This document shows, piece after piece, positions 27,526 to 36,855 of a stretch of DNA of 64,000 nucleotides. The notes beneath the pieces were generated by a model. It searched no databases. It saw nothing but the letters and a program-made list of their open reading frames with translations, and was not told the origin of the DNA. This DNA comes from Thermoleophilaceae bacterium (GTDB lineage Bacteria > Actinomycetota > Thermoleophilia > Solirubrobacterales > Thermoleophilaceae). Position 1 is the stretch's first letter; every line of letters begins with the position of its first letter. The stretch is from contig JAUJNZ010000001.1 in NCBI GenBank assembly GCA_030447905.1, positions 305,466-369,465 on the forward strand, written 5' to 3'. Position numbers and translations under genes: made by a program.

Positions 27526-29222
27526 CCTCGGAGCTCACGGCGCGCCGGCTCGGGCGAAGACCCCTCCTCCCAAGGCACCAGCTTGCCCGGGTTCATGATC
27601 CCGGTCGGGTCGAGACGTGCCTTGACCGCGCGCAGCGCCTCGACCCCGAGCTCGCCGACTTCGGCCGACAGCCACGGCAGGTGAACGCTTCCCACCGCAT
27701 GGTGATGGGTGATCGTGCCACCCCCCGCCACGATCGCCTCGCTCGCCGCGACCTTGGCCGCTCGCCACTGCTCGAGCTCGCACCCTCGCTCCTGCCGCGC
27801 GAGCACAGTGAAGTAGAGCGACGCCCCCGAGCGGTACACATGCGAAACGTGGCAGCCGATGAGCGGCGTGGCGCCGCGAGCGGCGAGCGCGCCGGTCAGC
27901 GTGGCCCCGACCGACCGGTGGAGTTCGGCCAGCCGGTCCCAGGTCGTCGCGGTCTCGAAGGTCTCGACGAGGATCCCGGCGTCGAGCAGATCGTCGCGGA
28001 GGTAGGGACCCTCGAAGCGCCCGCGCGCCCAGGCGTGCCCCGGGCGTGGCCCCAGCGCGAGTCCGCCGGCCGCACGCAGGAGGCGCGTCGAACGAGCCCC
28101 CCGCCGGCTCACCTCCCCCTCCACGTCCTCCCAGCCGACGATCGCCAGGCACGGTCGGCGCTGGCCGCGTAGACGCAGGTAGCGGCGCAGCGCGCGCGCG
28201 CCAAGGCCGCCGCCGGCGGCCGCCTGAGTGAGTGCGAGCGAGGTCTCTCCGGCGTCGGAGAGCCGTGCCACGTCGGGGGCGGCGCCCGCCTGGGCGAGAG
28301 CCCGCAGGGCCTCGGCGCCCGCTTCGAAGGAGGCGAAGGAGAAGCCCTCGTAGCGGCGCGCGGTCGGCCGGCGGCGAACGGCGAGCGTCGCCTCGGTGAT
28401 CACTCCAAGAGCCCCCTCCGACCCGACGATCAGCTCGACCAGCGAAGGTCCGGCCGCCGAGGCCGGTATGGGGCGGGCGCGCACCTCCCCGGCAGGCGTC
28501 GCGCAGCGCAGGCCGAGTACGAGATCGTCGACGCGTCCGTAGCCTGCCGAGGCCTGCCCGGCCGAGCGGGTGGCCACATAGCCGCCGATCGTCGCGTGCT
28601 CGAACGACTGGGGGAAGTGCCCGAGCGTGAGACCGCGTGCGTCGAGCAGCGCCTCGGCGCGGCGCCCGGAGATCCCGGCCTCGAAGGTGGCGGTGAGCGA
28701 GCGCTCGTCGAGGGCGACCAGGCGATCGAGGCGACCAAGGTCGAGCGAGACCACGGCCGGGAACCGGCCCCGGCCGGGCTCGACGCCGCCGACCACGCTC
28801 GTGCCCCCGCCGAAGGGGACGACGGCCACCTCCTCCTCCCGGCACACGGCCAGCGCTGCGGCGACCTCTTCCCGGGACCCCGGCGCCACCACCGCGTCCG
28901 GCGCACCGCGACCGTCGCCGCCGCGCAGGCGCACGAGGTCCTCGTAGCTCTGGCCGGCCGCGTGGGCGACGCGGGCACGGTGATCCTCGTCGACGTGCTC
29001 CGCCCCTACCGCCCGTATCAGCCCTTCCCGCGCTCGATCGGAGAGAGCGGACGCGCGGACCTCGATCTGCTCGAGCGGCACCGGCGGCGCCAAGCCGGTC
29101 GCCACGCCGAGTGCTCGCCGCAGCACGTCACGGGCGCCCGCCGACAGCCGCGGGCCAGCGCGCCCGCCACCCCAGCCCCACCCGCGCTCGCTCGTACCCG
29201 CCGCCCCGGTTGCCGGCAGCAC
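27522..29222 (-). CDS. FAD-linked oxidase, alkyl-dihydroxyacetonephosphate synthase (AgpS/AGPS)-like
   Basis: GTG at 29222. The N-terminal RGWGWGG recalls the KWNGWG motif of AGPS as I remember it. ...EDHRARVAHAAGQSYEDLVRLRGG...DAVVAPGSREEV...VVPFGGGTSVVGG parallels the AGPS N-terminal and FAD_binding_4 architecture. Confidence 0.65.
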   Translation of the reverse strand: MLPATGAAGTSERGWGWGGGRAGPRLSAGARDVLRRALGVATGLAPPVPLEQIEVRASALSDRAREGLIRAVGAEHVDEDHRARVAHAAGQSYEDLVRLRGGDGRGAPDAVVAPGSREEVAAALAVCREEEVAVVPFGGGTSVVGGVEPGRGRFPAVVSLDLGRLDRLVALDERSLTATFEAGISGRRAEALLDARGLTLGHFPQSFEHATIGGYVATRSAGQASAGYGRVDDLVLGLRCATPAGEVRARPIPASAAGPSLVELIVGSEGALGVITEATLAVRRRPTARRYEGFSFASFEAGAEALRALAQAGAAPDVARLSDAGETSLALTQAAAGGGLGARALRRYLRLRGQRRPCLAIVGWEDVEGEVSRRGARSTRLLRAAGGLALGPRPGHAWARGRFEGPYLRDDLLDAGILVETFETATTWDRLAELHRSVGATLTGALAARGATPLIGCHVSHVYRSGASLYFTVLARQERGCELEQWRAAKVAASEAIVAGGGTITHHHAVGSVHLPWLSAEVGELGVEALRAVKARLDPTGIMNPGKLVPWEEGSSPEPARRELRG

Positions 29223-29326
29223 CGCAAGCGGTCCCGGCGCCGGACCGCCCGTGCCGCGGCGCCGGCCTCGCCTCACCGTCAGGCGATCGCGGCCGTCGAG
29301 CCGTGGCGGCTGGCCCGCGGCACGGC

Positions 29327-29875
29327 CTACGCGCCGTCGTAGGTGATCAAGCTGTGTACGTCGGCGTCGCCTAGGCGCTCGCGCCCGGCGAGGAATGCGA
29401 GCTCGATCAAAAAGGCGCAGCCCGCGACCTGCGCGCCGGCTCCGCGCACGAGCTCGCACAGGGCCCCCGCTGTGCCGCCGGTCGCCAGCAGGTCGTCGTG
29501 GACCAGCACGCGCGCGCCGCCTGCGAGCGCGTCTCGGTGGACCTCGAGCGCGTCGACCCCGTACTCGAGCGCATACTCGGCCGCGGTGGTCTCGAGGGGG
29601 AGCTTGCCGGGCTTGCGCGCGGGGATGAACCCGGCACCGACGCGCGCCGCCACCGCAGCCCCCAGTATGAAGCCACGCGCCTCGGCCGCGACGACGACCT
29701 CGACCTTGCGCTGGTCCGCGTACTCGGCCGTGAGCTCGATGACCCGGGCCAGCGCGCTCGCGTCGAGGAACAGCGGCGTGAGGTCCTTGAAGACGATCCC
29801 CGGCCGAGGGAAGTCCGGGATGTCGCGGACGTAGGCGCGCAGGTCGAGGTCGGCGGGTGCCGTCTCGGCTTCCAC
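29327..29875 (-). CDS. apt: Adenine phosphoribosyltransferase
   Basis: YVRDIPDFPRPGIVFKDLTPLF and the PRPP loop VLVHDDLLATGGTA. Confidence 0.92.
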   Translation of the reverse strand: MEAETAPADLDLRAYVRDIPDFPRPGIVFKDLTPLFLDASALARVIELTAEYADQRKVEVVVAAEARGFILGAAVAARVGAGFIPARKPGKLPLETTAAEYALEYGVDALEVHRDALAGGARVLVHDDLLATGGTAGALCELVRGAGAQVAGCAFLIELAFLAGRERLGDADVHSLITYDGA

Positions 29876-29882
29876 GGGACCC

Positions 29883-30731
29883 TCAGCCGGGTGCGAGACG
29901 CCGCAGATCGCGCACGAGCAGCAGGTGCTTGAGGTGCGAGGCGACGGTGGCGAGGTTCTCGAGCGTCTCGATGGCCTCGCGCCGGCGCTCGGGGTTGCGC
30001 GAGCGCAGCGACGGGGCGAGGATCTGCTCGAGCAGGGCGGCCTCGCGATCGGCCGAGGTTCGAAAGACGCGCAGGTTGCGACCGCCGACGCCGAAGCGGG
30101 CGAGCTCCGCGGCGGCGCGAACGATCTCGCGCTCGGTCTCGTCGTAGGTCAGCTCACCGCCCTCCTGCTGGCCCTTGACCACCCCGAACTCCTCGAGCTC
30201 GCGGACGAGGCCGGGCTGGGCGCCCGTCTCCTCGAGCACGCTCTGGAGCGGGTACCGCGCCTCGGCGCGCTCGCCGACCGAGACCGTGGCGCGGCGCAGT
30301 GAGCGCGGGTCGGGTGCCTGGGACTCGCGGTCGCCCGTGTCGGCGCGGCCGGCGGCGAGCTCCTGGCGGATCACCCGCAGCGGCAGGAACTCGTCGCGCT
30401 GGAGTCGCAGGATCGTGCGCAGGCGGTTTACCTCCCGCGCGCTGTAGAGGCGGTACCCACCGGGCGTGCGTCGGGGGGCGAGCAGCTTTTGGTCCTCGAG
30501 GTAGCGGATCTTGGAGATCGAGATCTCGGGGAACTCCCGCTCGAGCTGCTTGCACACCGCGCCGATGGTCAGCGTCTTCGAGGGCAACGACGAGCCGGAT
30601 CGCCGGCCGGGCGGCCCCGCCTCGGGCCCGCGGGTACCCGGGGTCACTCCCGAGCGCGTCGATGTGCCCTCGCCCGCGTCGGCCTCGCCCCGCGAGCGCG
30701 GGTCGGGCGGGGTGTCGACGCCGGTCGTCAT
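29883..30731 (-). CDS. MerR-family transcriptional regulator (Rv1828-type, downstream of an FHA gene)
   Basis: ATG at 30731 (ATGA with the FHA gene stop). HTH LTIGAVCKQLEREFPEISISKIRYLEDQKLLAPRRTPGGYRLYS. Confidence 0.8.
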   Translation of the reverse strand: MTTGVDTPPDPRSRGEADAGEGTSTRSGVTPGTRGPEAGPPGRRSGSSLPSKTLTIGAVCKQLEREFPEISISKIRYLEDQKLLAPRRTPGGYRLYSAREVNRLRTILRLQRDEFLPLRVIRQELAAGRADTGDRESQAPDPRSLRRATVSVGERAEARYPLQSVLEETGAQPGLVRELEEFGVVKGQQEGGELTYDETEREIVRAAAELARFGVGGRNLRVFRTSADREAALLEQILAPSLRSRNPERRREAIETLENLATVASHLKHLLLVRDLRRLAPG

Positions 30732-31225
30732 CGCTCGAGGTAGGTCAGCTTGTACTTGCCGATCTGAACCTCGTCCCCATCGGCGAGCTTGTGCGATTCG
30801 ATCCGGTGGCGGTTGATGTAGGTCCCGTTGAGGGAGCCGAGGTCGTCGATGTAGACCCCGTCGCGGCGACGGACGAGCAGGGCATGGTTGCGCGAGACCG
30901 TGACGTCGTCGAGGAAGACGTCGGCCTCGGGACTGCGGCCGACGCGCGTCTGCTCGCCCCCGAGCGTGAAGGCCTCTCCCGAGCGCCCGCCTCCCGAGCG
31001 GATGACGAGCGTTCCGCCCTCGGTGCCGACCTGCTCGAGATCGACGGCGTGGAGCTCGCCGGACTCGTCGAGCTGATAGGCGATCGTCGTGTCGCCCGGG
31101 GCCGCGTGGCGCGGGCGCGACTCGCCTCCCAGGAAGGCGCCGCACTTCTGGCAGTAGTTCGCGCCCTCCGGGTTGACGAAGCCGCACTCCGGACAGTGGA
31201 GCGCGCCTCGCTCCGGCCGCGCCAT
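30728..31225 (-). CDS. FHA-domain protein with N-terminal zinc-ribbon
   Basis: CPECGFVNPEGANYCQKCG zinc ribbon. FHA core VGRSPEADVFLDDVTVSRNHALLVRRRDGVYIDDLGSLNGTYINRHRI. Confidence 0.85.
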   Translation of the reverse strand: MARPERGALHCPECGFVNPEGANYCQKCGAFLGGESRPRHAAPGDTTIAYQLDESGELHAVDLEQVGTEGGTLVIRSGGGRSGEAFTLGGEQTRVGRSPEADVFLDDVTVSRNHALLVRRRDGVYIDDLGSLNGTYINRHRIESHKLADGDEVQIGKYKLTYLER

Positions 31226-31233
31226 CGGCTCAT

Positions 31234-31602
31234 CTACTCCTCGGTGGCCCTGTCAGGGTCGAAGCCACGCTCATCGGCGTCTCCCTCGTGCGCGAGCCCG
31301 CCATCAGCCAGGAGGCGCTCATCGGCGGCGGCCTCGTCTACCTGCTCGGCGCCGCCGGGGGGCGATTCCCCACGGCCGCCCAGGATTTCGGTGAGCTGGC
31401 GCACGTCGGCCCCGGTGATGATCGGCTCGCCTTCCTCTCGCTTTGTCCGCAGCCGATTGACGAGCTCCGCGCGCAGAATGTCGATCTTCCCGTGCAGGAG
31501 GCGCCGCTGGTAGGAGACCTCACGCTCATCGTCCGTGAGCTCCTGGATCAGATCCTTGAGCTCCTGGTCCGAGAGGGCGCCGAGATCGGGAAAGGTGTCC
31601 AT
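31234..31602 (-). CDS. Small acidic coiled-coil protein with one E-x3-S-x2-R-x3-H-x3-D motif (RsiG-like; function hypothetical)
   Basis: 122 aa. ALSDQELKDLIQELTDDEREVSYQRRLLHGKIDILRAELVNRL. GGAGG sits 8 nt before the ATG. A TATACT -10-like hexamer lies at 31626-31631. Confidence 0.5.
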   Translation of the reverse strand: MDTFPDLGALSDQELKDLIQELTDDEREVSYQRRLLHGKIDILRAELVNRLRTKREEGEPIITGADVRQLTEILGGRGESPPGGAEQVDEAAADERLLADGGLAHEGDADERGFDPDRATEE

Positions 31603-31698
31603 GGCTCGCCTCCGGTCGGGTCGGGTCGGAAGGCGAGTATACCGCTGGCTCTCAAGCGGAGGTTGAGGGTCCGCCGACTGTCCCCGAGCGGTCGCTCG

Positions 31699-32313
31699 TC
31701 AGGCGCGGCGGCGGAGCCTGAACCCGTCGCGCAGGTAGAGCAACGTTGCCCACACGCTCAGGCCGAGACCGAGCAGCAGCAGCCCGCTGGCGACCCAGGT
31801 CGTCGAGACCATGGCCAAAAAGATCGAGAACATGGTCGGCCAGACTGCCCAGCGCCCGACCATCTTGATCTCGAAGTCGATGCCGCGGCGCAGAGCGAGC
31901 TCGGTTAGGACGAGCATGAAGAGCTCGCGGGCGGCGAGGGCGGCGAGCGCCCAGCGGGGGAGCAGCTCGAAGTGCCAGGACACGACCGCCCCGGCGAGCA
32001 CGAGCAGGCGGTCGGCGACGGGATCGAGCAGCGCCCCCAGCCGGCTGTACTGGCCGGTCAGGCGGGCCAGCATCCCGTCGAGGTAGTCGGTGGCCCCGAT
32101 GAAGGCGTAGAGCAGGGCCGCAGCGGGCGCACGCCCGTCCCCCGAGCTCAGACCCAGGACCAGGAACACCGGTATCAGGGCGAGCCGCATGTAGCCGACG
32201 GCGTTGGGAATCGTCCACGGGCGCAGCGGCTCGCCGCGGCGGGTGGCCTTGGGCAGACCGCCCGAGCGGTCGAGGCCGAGCAGCCGTCGGGCGGTCAGGG
32301 GGCCCTGCGCCAC
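31699..32313 (-). CDS. pgsA: CDP-alcohol phosphatidyltransferase (phosphatidylglycerophosphate synthase-like)
   Basis: CDP-alcohol motif DYLDGMLARLTGQYSRLGALLDPVADR. Multiple TM helices. The 5' end overlaps the proS stop by 19 nt, so the start is uncertain. Confidence 0.8.
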   Translation of the reverse strand: MAQGPLTARRLLGLDRSGGLPKATRRGEPLRPWTIPNAVGYMRLALIPVFLVLGLSSGDGRAPAAALLYAFIGATDYLDGMLARLTGQYSRLGALLDPVADRLLVLAGAVVSWHFELLPRWALAALAARELFMLVLTELALRRGIDFEIKMVGRWAVWPTMFSIFLAMVSTTWVASGLLLLGLGLSVWATLLYLRDGFRLRRRA

Positions 32314-33992
32314 AGCTCGAGCGCCTCCTGCGCCGCTCCCTCGAGGGAGAGAGTCCGGCGCTCACGACCGCGCCGCACCTGGGCCTCGACCTCCCTCGCC
32401 TCGACGCCCTTGCGCCCGACCGTGAGGCGTAGGGGGCAGCCCAGCAGCTCGGCGTCGGCGAACTTCTCCCCCGCGCTGCGCGGGCGATCGTCGAGCAGCA
32501 CGTCGAGGTCCGCGGCCCGCAGCTCGTCGTAGAGCCGCTCGGCCACCGCGAGCGACTCCTCGCCGGCCTTGCCGAGCGCGACGACCTCGACGTCGAAGGG
32601 CGCGAGCCGGCGCGGCCAGGAGATCCCCTGCTCGTCCGCGCTCTGCTCGACGGCCGCGGCGAGGATGCGCGCGAGGCCGATCCCGTAGGAGCCCATCCAG
32701 ACGTGTCGCTCGCTACCGCCCTCGTCGAGGTAGGTCGCCTCGAGCGGCTCCGAGTAGCGGGTCCCGAGCTTGAAGATGTTGCCGACCTCGATCGCCCGCT
32801 CGAGGTGGATCGACGCCCCCGCCGGACAGGTGTCACCGGCCTCGACCGAGCGCACGTCGGCCCACTCGGGCTCGAAGTCGCGGCCGGGCTCGACGCCGCG
32901 CAGGTGGCGGTCGGCCTCGTTGGCGCCGGCCACGAGGCCGCGCAGGTCGCGCACCGCCTCGTCGGCGACGACCGGCACCGGCGCCCCGACGGGCCCGATG
33001 TACCCGGGCACAGAGCGAAACAGTGGTTCGACCTCGTCGGCCTGAGCGGGTCGCGTGGCCTCACCGAGCGCATTGGCGAGCTTGATCTCGTTGAGGCGAT
33101 GGTCGCCGCGAGTGACCACGAGGACGGGCCCGCGTCCACTGGCGATCACCGGGAAGGCCTTGAGCAGGGCGGCGGCGGGGACGCCGAGGCCGCGCGCGAC
33201 GTCATCGATCGTGGTCTGGCCGGGGGTGTCCACCGGCTCGGGCGAGTCGAGGGCGGGCGGGAGTCCATTAACCGGACGCGGCGCCGCGCTCGCCACCTCG
33301 ACGTTAGCCGCGTAGCCCGCCGGCGACAGCGCGACCTCGTTCTCGCCGGCCGGACACGGGGCCATGTACTCGTGAGCGCCGAGGCCGCCCATCATGCCGA
33401 CGTCTGAGGCCACCCGGTGCCACTCGAGCCCGCAGCGATCGAAGACGCGGTCGTAGGCTTCGACGTGGAGCCCGTAGGAGCGGTCGAGGCCCTCGGCGTC
33501 GCGATCGAACGAGTATGAGTCCTTCATGATGAACTCGCGCGTGCGCAGCAGGCCCGCGCGCGGGCGCGGCTCGTCGCGCTCCTTGACCTGGAACTGGTAG
33601 AGGATCTGGGGCAGGTCGCGATAGGAGCGGACCTCGCGGGCCACGTGCCAGGTCAGGGCCTCCTCGTGGGTCATGGCCAGTACGTGCTCGGCGCCCTTGC
33701 GGTCTGAGAGCTTGAGCAGCTCCTCGATCGCATACCGGCCGGTGCGCCGCCACGGATCGGCGGGCTGCAGGACCGGGATGAGCATCTCCTGGGCGCCGAT
33801 TCGGTCGAGCTCCTCGCGGACGATCTGCTCGGCACGGCGGTGACAACGCCAGCCGGCGGGCAGGAAGGTCCACATACCCGTGCCGAGCTGGCGCACCAGG
33901 CCGGCGCGCACTAGCAGCCGGTGGGAGACCGCCTCGGCATCGGCAGGCGGCTCCTTGACGGTGGGCAGGAGGTACGAGGAGAGCCGCGTCAC
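32295..33992 (-). CDS. proS: Proline--tRNA ligase
   Basis: MTRLSSYLLPTVKEPPADAEAVSHRLLVRAGLVRQLGTGMWTFLP, plus class II motifs. Confidence 0.95.
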   Translation of the reverse strand: MTRLSSYLLPTVKEPPADAEAVSHRLLVRAGLVRQLGTGMWTFLPAGWRCHRRAEQIVREELDRIGAQEMLIPVLQPADPWRRTGRYAIEELLKLSDRKGAEHVLAMTHEEALTWHVAREVRSYRDLPQILYQFQVKERDEPRPRAGLLRTREFIMKDSYSFDRDAEGLDRSYGLHVEAYDRVFDRCGLEWHRVASDVGMMGGLGAHEYMAPCPAGENEVALSPAGYAANVEVASAAPRPVNGLPPALDSPEPVDTPGQTTIDDVARGLGVPAAALLKAFPVIASGRGPVLVVTRGDHRLNEIKLANALGEATRPAQADEVEPLFRSVPGYIGPVGAPVPVVADEAVRDLRGLVAGANEADRHLRGVEPGRDFEPEWADVRSVEAGDTCPAGASIHLERAIEVGNIFKLGTRYSEPLEATYLDEGGSERHVWMGSYGIGLARILAAAVEQSADEQGISWPRRLAPFDVEVVALGKAGEESLAVAERLYDELRAADLDVLLDDRPRSAGEKFADAELLGCPLRLTVGRKGVEAREVEAQVRRGRERRTLSLEGAAQEALELWRRAP

Positions 33993-34001
33993 GGCCCGAG
34001 T

Positions 34002-34883
34002 CTACCCGTGCGTCGCCTCGCCGCTCGGGGACTGAAACCCCTCGTTGAGCGCGCCCGACCGCAGGGGCTCCAGATCGATAGCGGTGCGCACGTAGCCGGC
34101 CTCGCGCAGAGCCGTGGCGATCGCCGCCCGGGCCGCTGGGGCGAGCGCGCGCTCGAGGTCGGCCGCCGGAAGCTCGAGCTTGCCGAGGTCCTCGTGGTGG
34201 CGCACGCGCAACACCGGGTAGCCGAGCGCCCGCACCGCGCGCTCGGCGCGATCGACCCGCGCGAGCCTGGCCGGCTCGACGCGCGTTCCGTAGGGCAGGC
34301 GGGAAGCCAGGCACGGGCTGGCGGGCTTCTCGGCGCTGGGCACGCCGAGGCGGCGCGCGAGTGCTCGCACCTCGGCCTTGCCGGCTTCCGCCTCGAGCAG
34401 GGGATGGCGCACCCCGTGCTCGGCGGCCGCGCGCAGCCCGGGGCGCCAGTCGCCGCGGTCGTCGGCGTTCGCCCCGGAGAGCAGGACCGCGAAGCCGCGC
34501 TCGGCGGCGAGCCTCCACAGCTCCCCGTATAGCTCGGTCTTGCAGTGATAGCAGCGGTCGCGAGCGTTGCGGCGGTAGCCCTCACGACCCAGCTCGTCGG
34601 TGGCGATCACCAGATGCTCGACCCCGATCGCCGCAGCCACCCCGCTCGCTCCTTCGAGCTCTCCGGAGGCCAGGGCGGGTGAGACCGCCGTGACCGCGAG
34701 GGCGCGGTCGCCGAGGGCTCGGGCGGCGAGGGCCGCGACCACGGAGGAGTCGACCCCGCCCGAGAAGGCGACCACGGCGCTCTCGAGCTCGGCGAGCGAG
34801 CGCTCGAGCCGCCCGCGCAAGGCGTCGACCGTGAGGTCGCTCGGCTCCCCGCCGGCGACCGGGAGCTCGCGCACCGAGCTCAC
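34002..34883 (-). CDS. larE: ATP-dependent sacrificial sulfur transferase LarE (PP-loop ATPase)
   Basis: GTG at 34883 (GTGA with the larC stop). PP-loop VAFSGGVDSSVV. RDRCYHCKTELY cysteine region. Follows larB-larC. Confidence 0.85.
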   Translation of the reverse strand: MSSVRELPVAGGEPSDLTVDALRGRLERSLAELESAVVAFSGGVDSSVVAALAARALGDRALAVTAVSPALASGELEGASGVAAAIGVEHLVIATDELGREGYRRNARDRCYHCKTELYGELWRLAAERGFAVLLSGANADDRGDWRPGLRAAAEHGVRHPLLEAEAGKAEVRALARRLGVPSAEKPASPCLASRLPYGTRVEPARLARVDRAERAVRALGYPVLRVRHHEDLGKLELPAADLERALAPAARAAIATALREAGYVRTAIDLEPLRSGALNEGFQSPSGEATHG

Positions 34884-36079
34884 GCTCGCTCTTCCTCCGC
34901 GAGCCAGCGCTGTCCGGCGGCCAGCGCCGCGGACCAGATCGACACGGTCGAGCGGCCGGTCCGCTCGGCGGCGCGGGCGCAGTCGTCGTGCTCGGGCGCG
35001 ACGTTGACCACGTCGCCGTCGAGGCGGCCGAGCTTGACCCGCACCGCCTCGCCGGAGACCTCGATGGCCCGCCACTCGCGCTCGAGCTCGACCCGCTCGA
35101 AGCGAGCCACGCGCACTCCGAGCGCGGTCGTCGAGCGCAGCAGCGCCTCCGCCACGGCGGCCTCGCGCTCGGGGCGTACGAGCGCCGAGACGATCACGCC
35201 CGGCCTGCCCTTCTTCATGCCCGCCGGCGTCGTCCACACGTCGAGCGCCCCCGCCGCCGTCGCGCTCTGCGCGGCGTCGGGCACGAGCTCCGGCGAGAGG
35301 TCGTCGAGGTTGGTCTCTACGAGCGACACCGGCTGGGTTGGGGCGCGCGGGGCGGCCTCATCCGCCTCCCCCAGGAGGACGCGCACCACGTTGGGCACGC
35401 GCCCGAGCTCGCGCGCGCCCGCGCCGTAGCCGGTGGCTTCGAGTCGCAGGGCGGGGAGCGGCCCGAAGCCCTCGACGAGCGCGCCGACCAGCGCGGCGCC
35501 GGTGGGGGTCACGAGCTCCTCGTCGCCTTCGACGCCGTGCAACGGCGCGCCCTCGAGCAGCGCGAGGGTGGCGGGAGCGGGCAGCGGCAGGGGTCCGTGC
35601 GCGCTCGCCACCACCCCGCGCGCGACCGGCAGCGGCGAGCAGGCGATTCGCTCCACCCCCAGCGACTCGAGCGCGAGGGCGACTCCGCAGACGTCGGCCA
35701 GCGCGTCGGCGGCCCCGACCTCGTGGAAGGTCACCTCCTCGGGCGCGATGCCGTGCACCCGACCCTCGGCGACGGCGAGCCGGTCGAAGGTCGTGAGCGC
35801 GCGCTCGCGCGCTCGCGGCGGCAGACGCGCGCCCTCGATCAGCTCGCGTACTTCGCGCGGGCCCCGGGGCGGTTGATCGGGCGGCCCGACGACCTCGACC
35901 CGCGCGGCGTCGAGCGGCCCGCGCCGCGCCCGCCCGATCCGCACCTCGAGGTCCTCGATGCCGAGGCGGGCGAGCCCGGACCGGACGAGATCGGCGTCGG
36001 CGCCGGCGTCGAGCAGGGCGCCGAGCAGCATGTCGCCCGCGACGCCGCCCACACAGTCGATGTAGGCCAGCCTGCTCAC
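34880..36079 (-). CDS. larC: Nickel-pincer cofactor nickel insertase LarC (DUF111)
   Basis: GTG at 36079 (GTGA with the larB stop). N-terminus LAYIDCVGGVAGDMLLGALLDAG is typical of LarC. Confidence 0.85.
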   Translation of the reverse strand: MSRLAYIDCVGGVAGDMLLGALLDAGADADLVRSGLARLGIEDLEVRIGRARRGPLDAARVEVVGPPDQPPRGPREVRELIEGARLPPRARERALTTFDRLAVAEGRVHGIAPEEVTFHEVGAADALADVCGVALALESLGVERIACSPLPVARGVVASAHGPLPLPAPATLALLEGAPLHGVEGDEELVTPTGAALVGALVEGFGPLPALRLEATGYGAGARELGRVPNVVRVLLGEADEAAPRAPTQPVSLVETNLDDLSPELVPDAAQSATAAGALDVWTTPAGMKKGRPGVIVSALVRPEREAAVAEALLRSTTALGVRVARFERVELEREWRAIEVSGEAVRVKLGRLDGDVVNVAPEHDDCARAAERTGRSTVSIWSAALAAGQRWLAEEERA

Positions 36080-36855
36080 GCCGCTGGCGCGCTCGCCCGG
36101 GCGATCCGCGCCGCGATCGTGCCCGCCCCGAAGCCGTCGTCGATCCCGACCACCGCGAGCCCGGCCGCGCACGAGGCCAGCATCGCCAACAGAGCCGAGA
36201 GGCCGCCAAAGGCGGCCCCGTAGCCCGCGCTCGTCGGGACGCCGATCACCAGCGCGGCGACGAGCCCGCCGACCACCGAGGCCAGCGCGGCGTCCTGGCC
36301 CGCCACGACGACCACGCAGTGGGCGCGCTCGAGGTCCTCGAGCGCGGTCCCAAGCCGCGCGATCCCGGCCACCCCGATGTCGCGCTGGACCGCCACCTCG
36401 GCCCCGAGCAGGCGCGCGCGGATCTCGGCCTCGCGCACCACCGGTCCGTCGGCGGTCCCGGCGGAGACGATCGCCACCTGCCCGGCGACCGCAGGGACCG
36501 CCCGCGCCACCCACGCCAGGCGGGCGCGTTCGTCGAGCTCGGCCTCGCCCGGGGCGGCTCGGGCTACGGCGGCCCGGGCGGCCTCGTCGGCGCGCGTCAC
36601 GAGCACGCTTCCCACCCCGTCGGCGAGCATCGCCGTGACGATCGCCTCGATCTCCCCGGGCGACTTGCCCTCGCCGAGCACGGCCTCGGGCGCACCCTGG
36701 CGCAGCTCCCGGTGGGTATCCACGCGCGCGAAGCCGAGGTCGCGGAACGGCAGGTGCTGGAGCTCTGAGAGGGCGGCTTGTGCGGCGACCTCCCCCCGCT
36801 CGACCGACTCGAGCAGGGCGAGGAGGTCGGCCGGCGAGGTCGGAGCCGACGTCAC
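36076..36855 (-). CDS. larB: Pyridinium-3,5-biscarboxylic acid mononucleotide synthase LarB (AIR-carboxylase-like)
   Basis: GTG at 36855 (GTGA). FARVDTHRELRQGAPEAVLGEGKS, IVSAGTADGPVVREAE, VVVAGQDAALASVVGGLV...GVPTSAGYG. Confidence 0.85.
   Translation of the reverse strand: MTSAPTSPADLLALLESVERGEVAAQAALSELQHLPFRDLGFARVDTHRELRQGAPEAVLGEGKSPGEIEAIVTAMLADGVGSVLVTRADEAARAAVARAAPGEAELDERARLAWVARAVPAVAGQVAIVSAGTADGPVVREAEIRARLLGAEVAVQRDIGVAGIARLGTALEDLERAHCVVVVAGQDAALASVVGGLVAALVIGVPTSAGYGAAFGGLSALLAMLASCAAGLAVVGIDDGFGAGTIAARIARASAPAA

Noticed and set aside
29883-31225. FHA + MerR pair as a novel signalling module
   Set aside because: An FHA protein followed by a MerR regulator downstream of pgsA-region genes is conserved actinobacterial synteny (garA-Rv1828 type). 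Only the N-terminal zinc ribbon and the upstream RsiG-like gene are unusual.
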